Below the pieces are notes generated by a model. The model did not search any database and was not told the DNA's origin. It saw only the letters and a program-made list of their open reading frames with translations. Positions 23,801 through 34,213 of a DNA stretch of 64,000 nt are shown here, one piece after another; position 1 is the stretch's first letter; each line of letters begins with the position of its first letter. The DNA lies in contig NC_058377.1 of assembly GCF_018350175.1 (NCBI RefSeq), forward strand, positions 102,548,001-102,612,000, read 5' to 3'. Position numbers and translations under genes: made by a program. The DNA is from Felis catus. Its lineage: Eukaryota.

Positions 23801-26474
23801 TTCTCCAAATCTGATTTTCCCTCGTTTATCCAGTCTAAGGGAAGCTTGGAGATAACGGAGAGCCAGTCTGCAGATGCCGAACCCCCACCTCCTCCTAAGC
23901 CGGACCTGAGCCGTTACACAGGGCTACGAACACACCTCAGCCTGGCTACTAATGAGGGTAAGAGCAGTGGCAGACGTGAGAAGGTTACTGTATGCTGTGG
24001 AGAAGACGGGCAGCCAAGGGCGGGGAGCCAAGGTTGGGTGGCTGAGAACACCCAACAGGTGGGCCTCGGGCCGCTTCTTTGGACAGCCGGAACAGGAGAA
24101 AGGGGATGCCACTTAGCTGTTTGCAGTGAACTGAACTTTTGTCGTTGGGTGGGGGCGGGGGAGGCGGAGGTACTGTCGGCCTTCAGATAGACCAAAGAAC
24201 CTCCTAGACCTCTTTGGTGCATTCTGTCTCTCTGGGTTCTGGGCCGGTATGAGTCTTTAGTCTCGGCTGCAGCAAAGTCACGTTCCTGGGACTTTTCTGT
24301 TGCCGGTGTATCTGTTCGTACCTTGTTCTCCCTCCATCCTTCAAGGAGCGCTGGCCACGTTAAGAGAACAGCATGTAAAGCGGTGTCCCCGGGCCTTTTT
24401 TCCCGCAGATAGCAGCCTCTTGGGCAAGGACAGCCCTCCCACACCCACCATGTACAAGTACCGGCCGGGCTACAGTAGCAGCAGTACGTCAGCCGCCATG
24501 CCTCATTCCTCCAGCGCCAAGGTACTCAGTACTCTGTGAGAAGTAAGGCTCTGATGTAGGTCAGCTGTTCTGGGAAAAAGAATATCGGAGAAGGGTAGGA
24601 AGAAACCGAAGACATTTTACCAATTGTTGGCATTAATGGGCTGGAGTCTCCTTGACAGCGTGTCCTTCAAAGAGGGGGCAACGTAGCAGACTAGATAAAA
24701 GCACTGATGATAGCACCGTATCTGAGTTCAGCACCCATCGTGGGCAAGTTACCTGACCTCTTCGAGCCTCGTTTTCTGTATCTTATTTCATATATTTGTT
24801 GTTTTATTTTAGATAACTTATAAATGAAAATTATTTATTTTAGAGAGTGCGCATGAGCCAGGGAGAGGGGTCCAGGGAGAGGAAATTTTAGGCACGCTCC
24901 ACCCTCAGCGCCGAGCCCGACCCGGGGCTCGATCCCATGACCCTGGGCTCACAACCTGAGCCAAAATTGAGTCGGAGGTTTAACCACCTGAGCCACCCAG
25001 GTGTCCCTCATTTTTTGCATCTTAAAATGAGATACTTGTTCCAACTCGTAGGTGTGCTTTAGGCGTTGAACATGATGATGCATGTAAAAGTTCTGAGCAT
25101 ACTGGCGGCACATGACAAATACTGTTTCTGACTGACTCTTGGGCCTAGGCTCTTGGGCCTAGGATCTGTCACAAGAGGAGGAGTGCTAAGAGCACGCTTT
25201 ATTTTCTCCCTCAGTTGAGCCGTGGGGACAGCTTGAAGGAGCCAACCTCGATTGCGGAGAGCAGCCGCCATCCCAGCTACCGCTCGGAGCCCAGCTTGGA
25301 GCCAGAGAGCTTCCGTTCTCCCACCTTCGGCAAAAGCTTTCACTTCGATCCACTGTCCAGTGGCTCACGCTCCTCCAGCCTCAAGTCGGCCCAGGGCACT
25401 GGCTTTGAGCTGGGCCAGTTGCAGTCCATTCGTTCAGAGGGCACAACCTCCACCTCCTATAAGAGCCTGGCCAACCAGACACGCAACGGAAGCCTGTCCT
25501 ATGACAGCCTGCTCACTCCTTCAGACAGCCCTGATTTCGAGTCCGTGCAGGCAGGGCCTGAGCCAGACCCACCTTTAGGCTACACCTCTCCCTTCCTGTC
25601 AGCCCGGCTGGCCCAGCAACGGGAAGCCGAGAGGCACCCACGTCTGGTGCCAACTGGTCCAACGCACCGAGAGCCCTCGCCAGTCCGGTACGACAATCTG
25701 TCGCGCCATATTGTGGCCTCCCTCCAGGAACGANNNNNNNNNNNNNNNNNNNNNNNNNNNNNNNNNNNNNNNNNNNNNNNNNNNNNNNNNNNNNNNNNNN
25801 NNNNNNNNNNNNNNNNNNNNNNNNNNNNNNNNNNNNNNNNNNNNNNNNNNNNNNNNNNNNNNNNNNNNNNNNNNNNNNNNNAGACTCCACTGGGACGCCC
25901 AGCTGCCCCCCGTTTTGGCAAGCCAGATGGGCTAAGGGGCCGGGGACTAGGGTCCCCTGAACCAGGCCCAGCTGCCCCATACCTGGGCCGATCTATGTCT
26001 TACAGCAGCCAAAAAGCCCCACCTGGTGTCTCCGAGGCAGAGGAAGTAGCCTTGCAGCCATTACTGACCCCCAAGTAAGTATGAGTCCTTCCTGACCCTC
26101 AGTGGATTTTAAAGTTCGCCTCGGGGCCTACATAAGGTGTCATGACTTCACTTGTGTGCAGGTGGACTCAGAGGTGCCTGCTTGTAGATCGCTCATTTCG
26201 CTCACTCTCTCCAGCTGCCTGCATGGGCTATTCCTGTTAAAAGCCTAAAGAGCAATACTTTTATCTTCATCCTGTCTTCCCCAGATGTATTTATTTGCCT
26301 GAGAGCAAGTATTTCAGGTAGCCGCTGTTGGAGAGAAGGAATAAATAGGGGAGATAGGGCATCAGGTTTGTGTTAAGCAGGGCAATAAAATAGGTGGGAA
26401 CGTTTGGGTAAGAAAGTATGCATGTAGAAAAGCACATCAGTTCTCATAACTTTTTTTTTAAGCTTATTCATTTT

Positions 26475-26506
<32 letters not shown>

Positions 26507-27075
26507 TCGAGTGGGGAAGAAGAGGGAGAGAAAATCCTAAGCACGGACCTAGAGCCTGTGAACCGTGAGATCATGACCTGAGCCAAAATCAAGAGTCAGG
26601 GGGTGCCTGGGTGGCTCAGTGGGTTAAGCATCCAACTCTTGGTTACAGCTCAGGTCATGATCTCACGGTTCTTGGGTTCGAGCCCCACATCGGGCTCTGT
26701 GCTGACAGTGTGGAGGCTGCTTGGGAGTCTCTCTCTCCCTCTCTCCCTGCCCCCTGCCCCCATCAAAATAAATAAATAAATAAACTTAAAAAAAATCAAG
26801 AGTCGGGCCCTTAACCCAGGCTCCCCTGTTCTAGTAATTTTTAAAACAGTCTCCCTTTTTTGTGTTTCGTGTCCCAGTTCTGATGACACCTATCTTTTTT
26901 CCTTCCTAGAGATGAAGTACAGCTCAAGACCGCCTACAGCAAATCCAACGGGCAGCCCAAGAGTATAGGCTCTGCCTCCCCTGGCCCAGGCCAGCCTCCG
27001 CTCAGCAGCCCCACAAGGGGTGGAGTCAAGAAGGTGTCAGGGGTGGGTGGTACCACCTATGAGATTTCCGTGTGA
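8749..27075 (+). CDS. ZDHHC5: Palmitoyltransferase ZDHHC5, spliced CDS, 715 aa
   Basis: join(8749-8852,16847-16968,20354-20511,21525-21697,21853-21955,22554-22645,23092-23224,23834-23957,24409-24521,25215-26074,26910-27075) = 2148 nt; all introns GT-AG and phases consistent; [13 protein letters not shown] start, DHHC motif ([12 protein letters not shown]), TTNE motif, C-terminal PDZ ligand YEISV. Confidence 0.97.
10344..10542 (-). mobile_element. CAN-SINE
   Basis: gactgagccacccaggcgcccc. Confidence 0.88.
10645..10763 (-). mobile_element. CAN-SINE, short type
   Basis: TSD gaatcagc on both sides. Confidence 0.82.
10910..11125 (+). mobile_element. Young SINEC_Fc-like element
   Basis: CpG-intact body; perfect 15-bp TSD aaaaggcacagcctt (10895-10909, 11126-11140). 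Confidence 0.93.
11795..11910 (-). mobile_element. CAN-SINE, short type
   Basis: ctgagccaaccaggcgtccc. Confidence 0.8.
13897..14023 (-). mobile_element. CAN-SINE, short type
   Basis: ctgagccagccaggtgcccc. Confidence 0.8.
14608..14709 (+). mobile_element. CAN-SINE, short type
   Basis: ggggcgcctggcgtgctca head. Confidence 0.78.
16847..16968 (+). CDS. ZDHHC5: ZDHHC5 coding exon 2
   Basis: [40 protein letters not shown]; cag|...|gtaag. Confidence 0.96.
17180..18750 (-). mobile_element. Ancient L2 fragment in ZDHHC5 intron
   Basis: ggatgctgattttt...gttgaacaggtttggaaggaagac...gttgaacttgag pattern. Confidence 0.5.
19178..19397 (-). mobile_element. CAN-SINE
   Basis: Full body, degenerate TSD aa(a/g)aggaa(g/a)ctt. 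Confidence 0.9.
20354..20511 (+). CDS. ZDHHC5: ZDHHC5 coding exon 3 (first half of cysteine-rich domain)
   Basis: [52 protein letters not shown]. Confidence 0.96.
20687..20915 (+). mobile_element. CAN-SINE
   Basis: ggggtgcctgggtggctcagtcggttaag head, poly(A). Confidence 0.9.
21525..21697 (+). CDS. ZDHHC5: ZDHHC5 coding exon 4 (DHHC catalytic motif)
   Basis: [31 protein letters not shown]...RTAVT. Confidence 0.97.
21853..21955 (+). CDS. ZDHHC5: ZDHHC5 coding exon 5
   Basis: [34 protein letters not shown]. Confidence 0.96.
22554..22645 (+). CDS. ZDHHC5: ZDHHC5 coding exon 6
   Basis: [31 protein letters not shown]. Confidence 0.96.
23092..23224 (+). CDS. ZDHHC5: ZDHHC5 coding exon 7
   Basis: [44 protein letters not shown]. 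Confidence 0.96.
23359..23482 (+). mobile_element. CAN-SINE, short type
   Basis: TSD ttaagtaca on both sides. Confidence 0.8.
23834..23957 (+). CDS. ZDHHC5: ZDHHC5 coding exon 8
   Basis: [41 protein letters not shown]. Confidence 0.95.
24409..24521 (+). CDS. ZDHHC5: ZDHHC5 coding exon 9
   Basis: [38 protein letters not shown]. Confidence 0.95.
24795..25007 (-). mobile_element. CAN-SINE inserted in a MIR
   Basis: tgagccacccaggtgtccc; MIR core flanks on both sides. Confidence 0.85.
25215..26074 (+). CDS. ZDHHC5: ZDHHC5 coding exon 10 (860 nt, contains 148-nt N-run)
   Basis: [12 protein letters not shown]...VRYDNLSRH...LQPLLTPK; frame is preserved across the Ns. Confidence 0.94.
25734..25881. 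other. N-run, 148 nt (others: 27306-27551, 28165-28296, 40523-40661, 40722-40861, 63542-63723)
   Basis: Directly visible. Confidence 0.99.
26451..26826 (-). mobile_element. CAN-SINE (host) interrupted by an opposite-strand SINE
   Basis: (GA)n body; host resumes after 26804. Confidence 0.85.
26598..26791 (+). mobile_element. CAN-SINE nested in the previous element
   Basis: 13-bp TSD aaaatcaagagtc (26585-26597, 26792-26804). Confidence 0.9.
26910..27075 (+). CDS. ZDHHC5: ZDHHC5 last coding exon
   Basis: [17 protein letters not shown]...GGTTYEISV then TGA at 27073-27075. Confidence 0.96.
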
Positions 27076-29089
27076 GCCTTCAGCACCTCCCTTCCGCCCC
27101 ACGCCTCTGCGCCTACACCAAAGGGCCCCAGGTGGCCACCTTCCTTTCCTCAAGGGGCTCCCCTCCCCTGCATGGACATTTTTTTAAACCACCGATTCCA
27201 AGAGGATGAGGAGCGTTTTATAAAATGCAGTGGGGTTGGGGAGTTGGAGAGTTGGGGCCCTGAGACTGGGGTAGCAATCCCCTTCACCTTTTAAGACCTT
27301 CCCTTNNNNNNNNNNNNNNNNNNNNNNNNNNNNNNNNNNNNNNNNNNNNNNNNNNNNNNNNNNNNNNNNNNNNNNNNNNNNNNNNNNNNNNNNNNNNNNN
27401 NNNNNNNNNNNNNNNNNNNNNNNNNNNNNNNNNNNNNNNNNNNNNNNNNNNNNNNNNNNNNNNNNNNNNNNNNNNNNNNNNNNNNNNNNNNNNNNNNNNN
27501 NNNNNNNNNNNNNNNNNNNNNNNNNNNNNNNNNNNNNNNNNNNNNNNNNNNCGTACTCTTCCCATTCCTCAGACCAGCAGGAAAGAAGTGGGGACATCCA
27601 TCGAAGTCTTCCTTTTCCAGTGGTTCCCTCTCTTGTCCCAGTTACCCACTAAGGAAACAGCACCCCCTGTTGTTGGTGCATAGTGATCAGGAAAGACACC
27701 TGGGGGAGAGGCGAGTCTGGGGTCTTGGTCAGAGGAGGGAAGGACTTGGAGAGGAGAGTTAGTTTTCTAGGCTCACTGGCACTTAGTTTCCCCAGGAAAG
27801 GGGTCACACAGCCCCATGACTTTGGTGGTGGTGGGGAGATCAGGAAACGAGCTTGGCTGAACCCCAGAAACAATATTGGATAATCCCCCCCGCTTCTTGG
27901 GGGAGAGGGATTAGGGTGGGCTCCTTTAGTCCCCTCAGAGCCTTCCCCCAACTCACACGGTTAACATCATTTTTAAATCCAAGGCCGGGAGAGATGAATC
28001 CAAAAAGCAATATTTTTCATCACATGCCAAAAATGGGATAGAGAGAAGGAGCGGCAGGCCTAGGCCCCTCCGATTGTCCCTTGGGGGTTACCCCTCTGCC
28101 CACCTCAGTATGGTGCTGGGTAGTGGGGGTACCTGGGTTCTAACCTCTAAATAGGGGAGACCCCNNNNNNNNNNNNNNNNNNNNNNNNNNNNNNNNNNNN
28201 NNNNNNNNNNNNNNNNNNNNNNNNNNNNNNNNNNNNNNNNNNNNNNNNNNNNNNNNNNNNNNNNNNNNNNNNNNNNNNNNNNNNNNNNNNNNNNNNGGTC
28301 TCTGGTGGGAAGTTACAAAGAAAACTTCATAAGCTTCTCTTGTCCTGGCTCACCTTTAGGCAGGATTATAGTGAAAATAACTACTTGAAACGTTACAGGA
28401 CAGGTCCTGTTTTTATTTGGGTGATTTAATTTAAAAATTCCTGAAAAGTCTTTTGTGACCGTCAAAACTCCTGGTCATTTCAAAGCTTAGAGAATCTTGA
28501 CTGCCACAGTTCTTTAATACAGAATTTTGTCTCTGGAAAGTAAAGCCCTTTTTGGATGTAGCCAAAGGTGAGACAGTGGATGATCGAGGGATGAAAAAGC
28601 CTGTTAGAGGCGGACTGACTGGATGGATATGGCTGGCACTTTAATTTGGTATCTCACTTTGTCTCTTCTGTTTGTCAGAAGCAAAAAGGCTGTGCCCTAG
28701 TTTTAAATAGGCCTCCTCAGATACTAAATCTTCAGCAATTGACCAGAACCCATTATTTTCGCTGTCCATGACTTAAGTATATACGCTCTTGCTCTGATAT
28801 CCTAGATTAAAACTCGCTGAATGAGTGGTTTCCCACCTACTGATCTAAGTAACAACCTTGGCTCATGGCAACAGATTTTAACTCTTCTGTGTCAAGTTTA
28901 TTTAAAGTCAGATTACATTAGCTTGGGTTTCCTATTGCATTTTGCTGGTTTAGGCTGCCTTTTTGTTGCTGTCTTAGCTTAGAAATGTTTTCGAATCAGC
29001 CAAATAATTTAATTGTCTTAATTAAGGAATGAGGCAGTTCAAAGACTCCTATGAAGACGAGAAAAACATTTACCTTTGCTTGCCAGAGG

Positions 29090-29095
29090 TTTATT
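29090..29095 (-). terminator. MED19: Candidate MED19 poly(A) signal AATAAA
   Basis: tttatt on + strand about 720 nt past the stop; a second candidate lies near 28898. Confidence 0.5.
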
Positions 29096-29815
29096 TAAAA
29101 AAAAAAAAAAAAAAAAAAAATCACAGGCTTGACCAGGAATTAACCTTGTTGAACTACACTGGTGACTGTGGGTGCTTTTTCAGTTGGCGATTCTGTTTCA
29201 ATGTAAGATTGACTCAGAAGACAGTTGAGACTTAACTGGATTGACTCTTCAGATGGAGCCTCATCCAGGTGCTTGGTTCTCAACACTATGGGCAGAGTGT
29301 TATGTGTCTGCTGTAGACAGGTATTAGCAAGCTCTGCCTCACTTGTGACCATGCTCCCAGATCTTACTCTGGTGGTTTCCCTGCCTGCTAATGAGATAAC
29401 ATAATGATAAGACCCAAATTCACTCTGATCTTTGAATGCCTTCGCTTAAACCCTGACTCACACAGAAAGGCACTTACCTCTTAATAGGCAGCCACAGTTC
29501 ACCCAGTTTGATAAATGTAAATTTTTTTTCAAAAAAAAGAAAGACCCTAACAAATGAGACAATGTCCTAAATCAGACCAATTGCACAAAAGAGATGAAAA
29601 GAAAGCTTCCTGGGAGAGGAAGAGAGGTCCGTGAGAAAGCCAACCGGGCTGAGCCTTAACAAAAGCATGGCCCTTCTGTCATATAATGCGTTAATCTCAG
29701 TCAAGCACAGCAGGAGCTGGCTTCTGTCCCGGTTGCAGGGGATGCTCCCAAGGCAGTGTCCGAGCCTGGAAGGCAGCTTTTGTCAGGCAGGAAAAGCCAT
29801 TCTGGTAGAGCCCTG

Positions 29816-29884
29816 TTAGCGGAGGCTGCTGCTGCTGCTGGCCTGAGAGCTGCCCACGCCTGGGTGGTCTGGACTGTGTCGGTT
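29816..29884 (-). CDS. MED19: MED19 exon 5 CDS
   Basis: NRHSPDHPGVGSSQASSSSSLR-stop. Confidence 0.95.
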   Translation of the reverse strand, partial: NRHSPDHPGVGSSQASSSSSLR

Positions 29885-32800
29885 CTGGGGAAGACAAGGA
29901 AGGAAGGGTAAGAACAACTAGGAAGTAGCCTTGGCCTTGATCAGGGCTGTACCGGAAAAAACCGATGTGCCCTGGGTTTTCAATCCTGGGTCCAAGCTGA
30001 GGCAAAGGACTACTGGGGGCGGGGTGAAGTGGGGAGATTCCGGGGGGCTGCAGCAACAGGCCCCTACCCTACCTTCTTTTTCTTCTTCTCTTTCTTCTTC
30101 CTCTTCCGTTCAGGATCCTCCTCTTTTTTCTTTTTCTTCTTCTTGTGATCAGAATCAGATGGCGTTTCTGTAGGAGAGTATGTGCTTATCACCTGCAGAG
30201 CTCAAAATTCCTTACTGCTAGGAACTCAAAAGACCACAGGAAAACCTAGTCGAGGGCAACTGCTGTTCTTGTAGCGGCCAGAAAGCATAGGGAGGCACTG
30301 CTAAAGCATGGTTCCAGGTTTTTACTTGCCCAGGAGACCTACTTGCAAGGAACGCTAATTACCTTGAGATCAGTTTCAGGAGAATTTGGGAGTCCAGGGC
30401 TGTGTAAGGAACCTCTCTGGCCTTTTAACTGAGGAAGGTCCAACCAGATCCAGGTTTTCTGGCTTTGAACAGAACTGCTTCTTACCTGGGGGGACAGGGT
30501 CCTGGGTACGGCTCTGTTTGTGCTTGTGTTTATTCTTCTTCTTGGGAGGCTGAATATGCATCAGACGACACTGCTCTGGTAACTGAAGGAACCAAAGGAA
30601 TGTCCAGGTGAGAGGAGGGAGGAGATCCCCTGCTCCCATCATCTGTTCTGCTCAGTAAGTTATGAAGGAACAGACTTGGACAGAAAAACCACCTCCATGC
30701 CTTTCAGGCCTCCCCGTGTGCCTTCTTCCTCCCCAGGAGGGGACTCACCGGGCCAGTGTGGAGGCGAAAGCCAGCCAGCATGGTCCCTGTGATAGGATTA
30801 AAAGAGCCACCAAGAATAGGGGGCTTCTCAATGAGGGAGCGGAGGCTGCTGTTATCATGGGAACCGGGCAGATCAATCATCCCTGGCAGGTCAGGCAGGA
30901 AGTTACTTAGCTTCTCCTTCACCTTCTTCCCACAGAATTTATTATAGGAATGTTCCAGGTTGTAGTGTGTGATCAGATTGGTGCTGCCTGTCAGCTCAGT
31001 GCTACCTAGAGGACACAGGGAGAAGAACAACAACAAAAAAATCAGTCCCAAGAGAAATTTTTTTTAACTTATTTGAGAGAGAGCACGCGAGCAGGGGAGG
31101 GGGAGAGAGAATCTCAAGCAAGTTCTGTGCACGGTCAGCGTGCAGAGCCTGATGTGGGGCTCGAACTCACGAAACCGTGAGATCATGACCTGAGCCGAAA
31201 TCAAGAGTCGGTCGCTTAACCGACTGGGCCACCCAGGCGCCCTGAAGAATTTTTTAAGAACCCCACAGGGAAAGTGAAGGACTGCAAAGAATCTTTTAGG
31301 TGAGCATTACAAAGATTTAAATTTATTTTTAAAGTAAAAAACAGCAAAATGAAATAACATACAATAAACACTAAAAAATATACTACTGTAGAATGGTAGG
31401 GTAGGTTGGAATGGGAAGGAGACAAGTCGGCAAAAATCCAAACAGGGCACATGGAAACTGCTCTTCCCCAATGAAGGAGACACTCTCCCTTCCTTGGACT
31501 CACCGCAGTAGTAACTTACATGATCCTTACTCCAGGCTAAACACAGTTCCGAGTGCTTTTCACAGCGAGAAATTATACTGTCTGACACCAGCAGGATGTT
31601 ACCTCAGAGCTCAACTAGAAGCAAGGTAAGGGCCAGCTATGACCCAATGGCTTGAATGTCTCTGGTCAAGGACCCCTTTTTTTTTCTTTCTTTTTTTTTT
31701 TAATAGCCAGAACCACTAATTACATAGGGAATAAACGTTTTTTTTTTTAAGCTACTGCTGCCTAACTTGTTACCACCGTCTCTATTCTTCCTAATTAAAG
31801 TATAATGCTTTGCCTAGAAAAAAGAAATGTTTGATTAGCAGCTGAGCAAACAGGATTCTCATCCTAGTCATACTCTATGCCTCAGTTTCCTCTTATCTCT
31901 GGAGTGGGGTAACAGCTCTCTTAAGCACACTTAATTTTTTTCAAGGTTTAAATGAAAACATTGAAAAGTATATTCTATAGATGCAAGGCACTATCAGTAC
32001 AAATATTGCACGGCCGACCTTTTTCAAAGAATAGAAACTTATTAGTAATGTAGTAAGGATCTAGAGGCAAGGGTGGAGCTGTCTACCCTGCCTACAGTTT
32101 CATCTACAGTTATGACGAACACGAAGAATACAAGTGACAAGAGTGGCTTGTTCATAATCATTCACTTGGAAAAACTCCGGCTCTGAACCGGGAGTCCCTT
32201 GAGGGCCGAGACCAGGTCTTTCCTGTTCATACCTGTGTCGCTGGTGCCCAACACAGTACACACCTTCAGTGCTCAGTAACTATTAAGTGAGCAAGGTATT
32301 TTCCCCTCCATACCCCTAGGCCCTACCTTCTTCCCTTTTTTCTTTTCCATGCCAAACATTTCAGCAGTGGTCTACTGTAACAGCAGGGGACTCAGTGCCA
32401 CAGTACTGCTCCTCAAAACTAGGCACTGCCTCCTGCCATAAGAGTGCCCTACTTTCCCCACCCGCCCCGGTCGGCTCTCCTCTTCCAGGTGGTCATGCTC
32501 AAGGTTGAGGTGAGAAGGCACTCCTGCTTTTCTGGAACACTTTACGCGTCCACCCAACTTCCCGTTTTGACTGTCAGTTCCATGAAGGTGATTTATAAAT
32601 CTCTCCCTCCAGCCCTGACTCCCCTCCTAAAAACTAATCTTGCATTTCCAACTTCCTCTTAGTCAACTTCATGCAGATTCATTTTTTAATTTTGAATTAA
32701 AAACATTTTTTTTTAAGATTTGAAAATTTTTAAGTAATCTCTATGCCCCACGTGGGCCTCGAACTCACAACCCTGACATCAAGAATTGGATGCTCTTCTT

Positions 32801-33752
32801 TTTTAATTTTTTATTTTTATTTTTTTATTTTTTATTCTTTCAACGTTTATTTATTTTTGGGACAGAGAGAGACAGAGCATGAACGGGGGAGGGGCAGAGA
32901 GAGAGGGAGACACAGAATCGGAAACAGGCTCCAGGCTCTGAGCCATCAGCCCAGAGCCTGACGCGGGGCTCGAACTCACGGACCGCGAGATCGTGACCTG
33001 GCTGAAGTCAGACGCTTAACCGACTGCGCCACCCAGGCGCCCCAATTTTTTTTTTTTTTAACATTTATTTATTTTTGAGAGAGAGAGAGAGAGAGAGACA
33101 GAGCGTTGAGTGGGGGAGGGGCAGAGAGAGAGGGAGACACAGAATTTGAAGGAGGATCCAGGCTCTGGGCCGTCAGCACAGAGCCTGACGTGGGGCTTGA
33201 ACTTGGGAATGGCGACATCATGACCTAGGTCAAAGTCTGACGCTTAACCAACTGAGCCACCCAGGCATCCCTGGATGCTCTTCTGACTGAGCCAGCAAGG
33301 CACCCCCAGATTCATCTTTTTAAACTCTCAATACTCCCCACCTCACTCATGGTTTCTCTGTTTCAATACATGGCACCCATATTCTCCAGGTATTTTTAGA
33401 AGCAGTACCACACAGCTCAAAAATCTCAATGATGTACTATTACCCTAAGGAAAAAGCTCAAATTCCTTTGGCACTCACGATAAAACATATCTTACTGTAA
33501 GCTTTGGGGTGTGATCAACCACTACTCCCCTGTGCCAAATTCTGATCCATCCAAATGAGTCTCTCATCATCTCCTGAAAAACACGCTCATTTTGTTTCCT
33601 TTTAGGAAATTTGTTTTTATACTGATGTAATTATAAGACCATCTTTTCTAGTTTTCTTCACCAATATGAATTTTCCAGGTCTGGCTCAAGTGACAACTCT
33701 TTCTGTCATTTTGGATAGTAAACATTTTTAAAACCATCATGTAGTTTCTGTT

Positions 33753-33784
<32 letters not shown>

Positions 33785-34171
33785 TTAAAGCAAACTCTAC
33801 CCCCAATGTGGGGTTTGAACTCACAACCCCAAAATCAGGGGTTGCGTGTTCTACCTACTGAGCCAACCAGGGCCCCCCATCCTGTAGTTGTTAGTTGTAT
33901 GTGAGGCAGGACCACAAAGTAATGAGATTAACCTTGACAAGTAATATAGACACTATCTTTAAACCACATATTTTATATCCCTAAGTAAAATAAGCTCTCT
34001 AAAAGCAAGGACTAGGGGTGCCTGGGTGGCTCAGTCAGTTAAGCGCCAGACTTCAGCTCAGGTCATGATCTCATGTTTTGTGGGTTTGAGCCCCATGTCG
34101 GGCTCTGTGCTGACAGCTCAGAGCCTGGAGCCTGCTTCAGATTCTGTGTCTCCCTCTCTGCCCTTCCCCCA

Positions 34172-34213
<42 letters not shown>

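Noticed and set aside
23738-24190. 150-aa ORF
   Set aside because: A ZDHHC5 exon (23834-23957) plus flanking intron read in frame, not a separate gene
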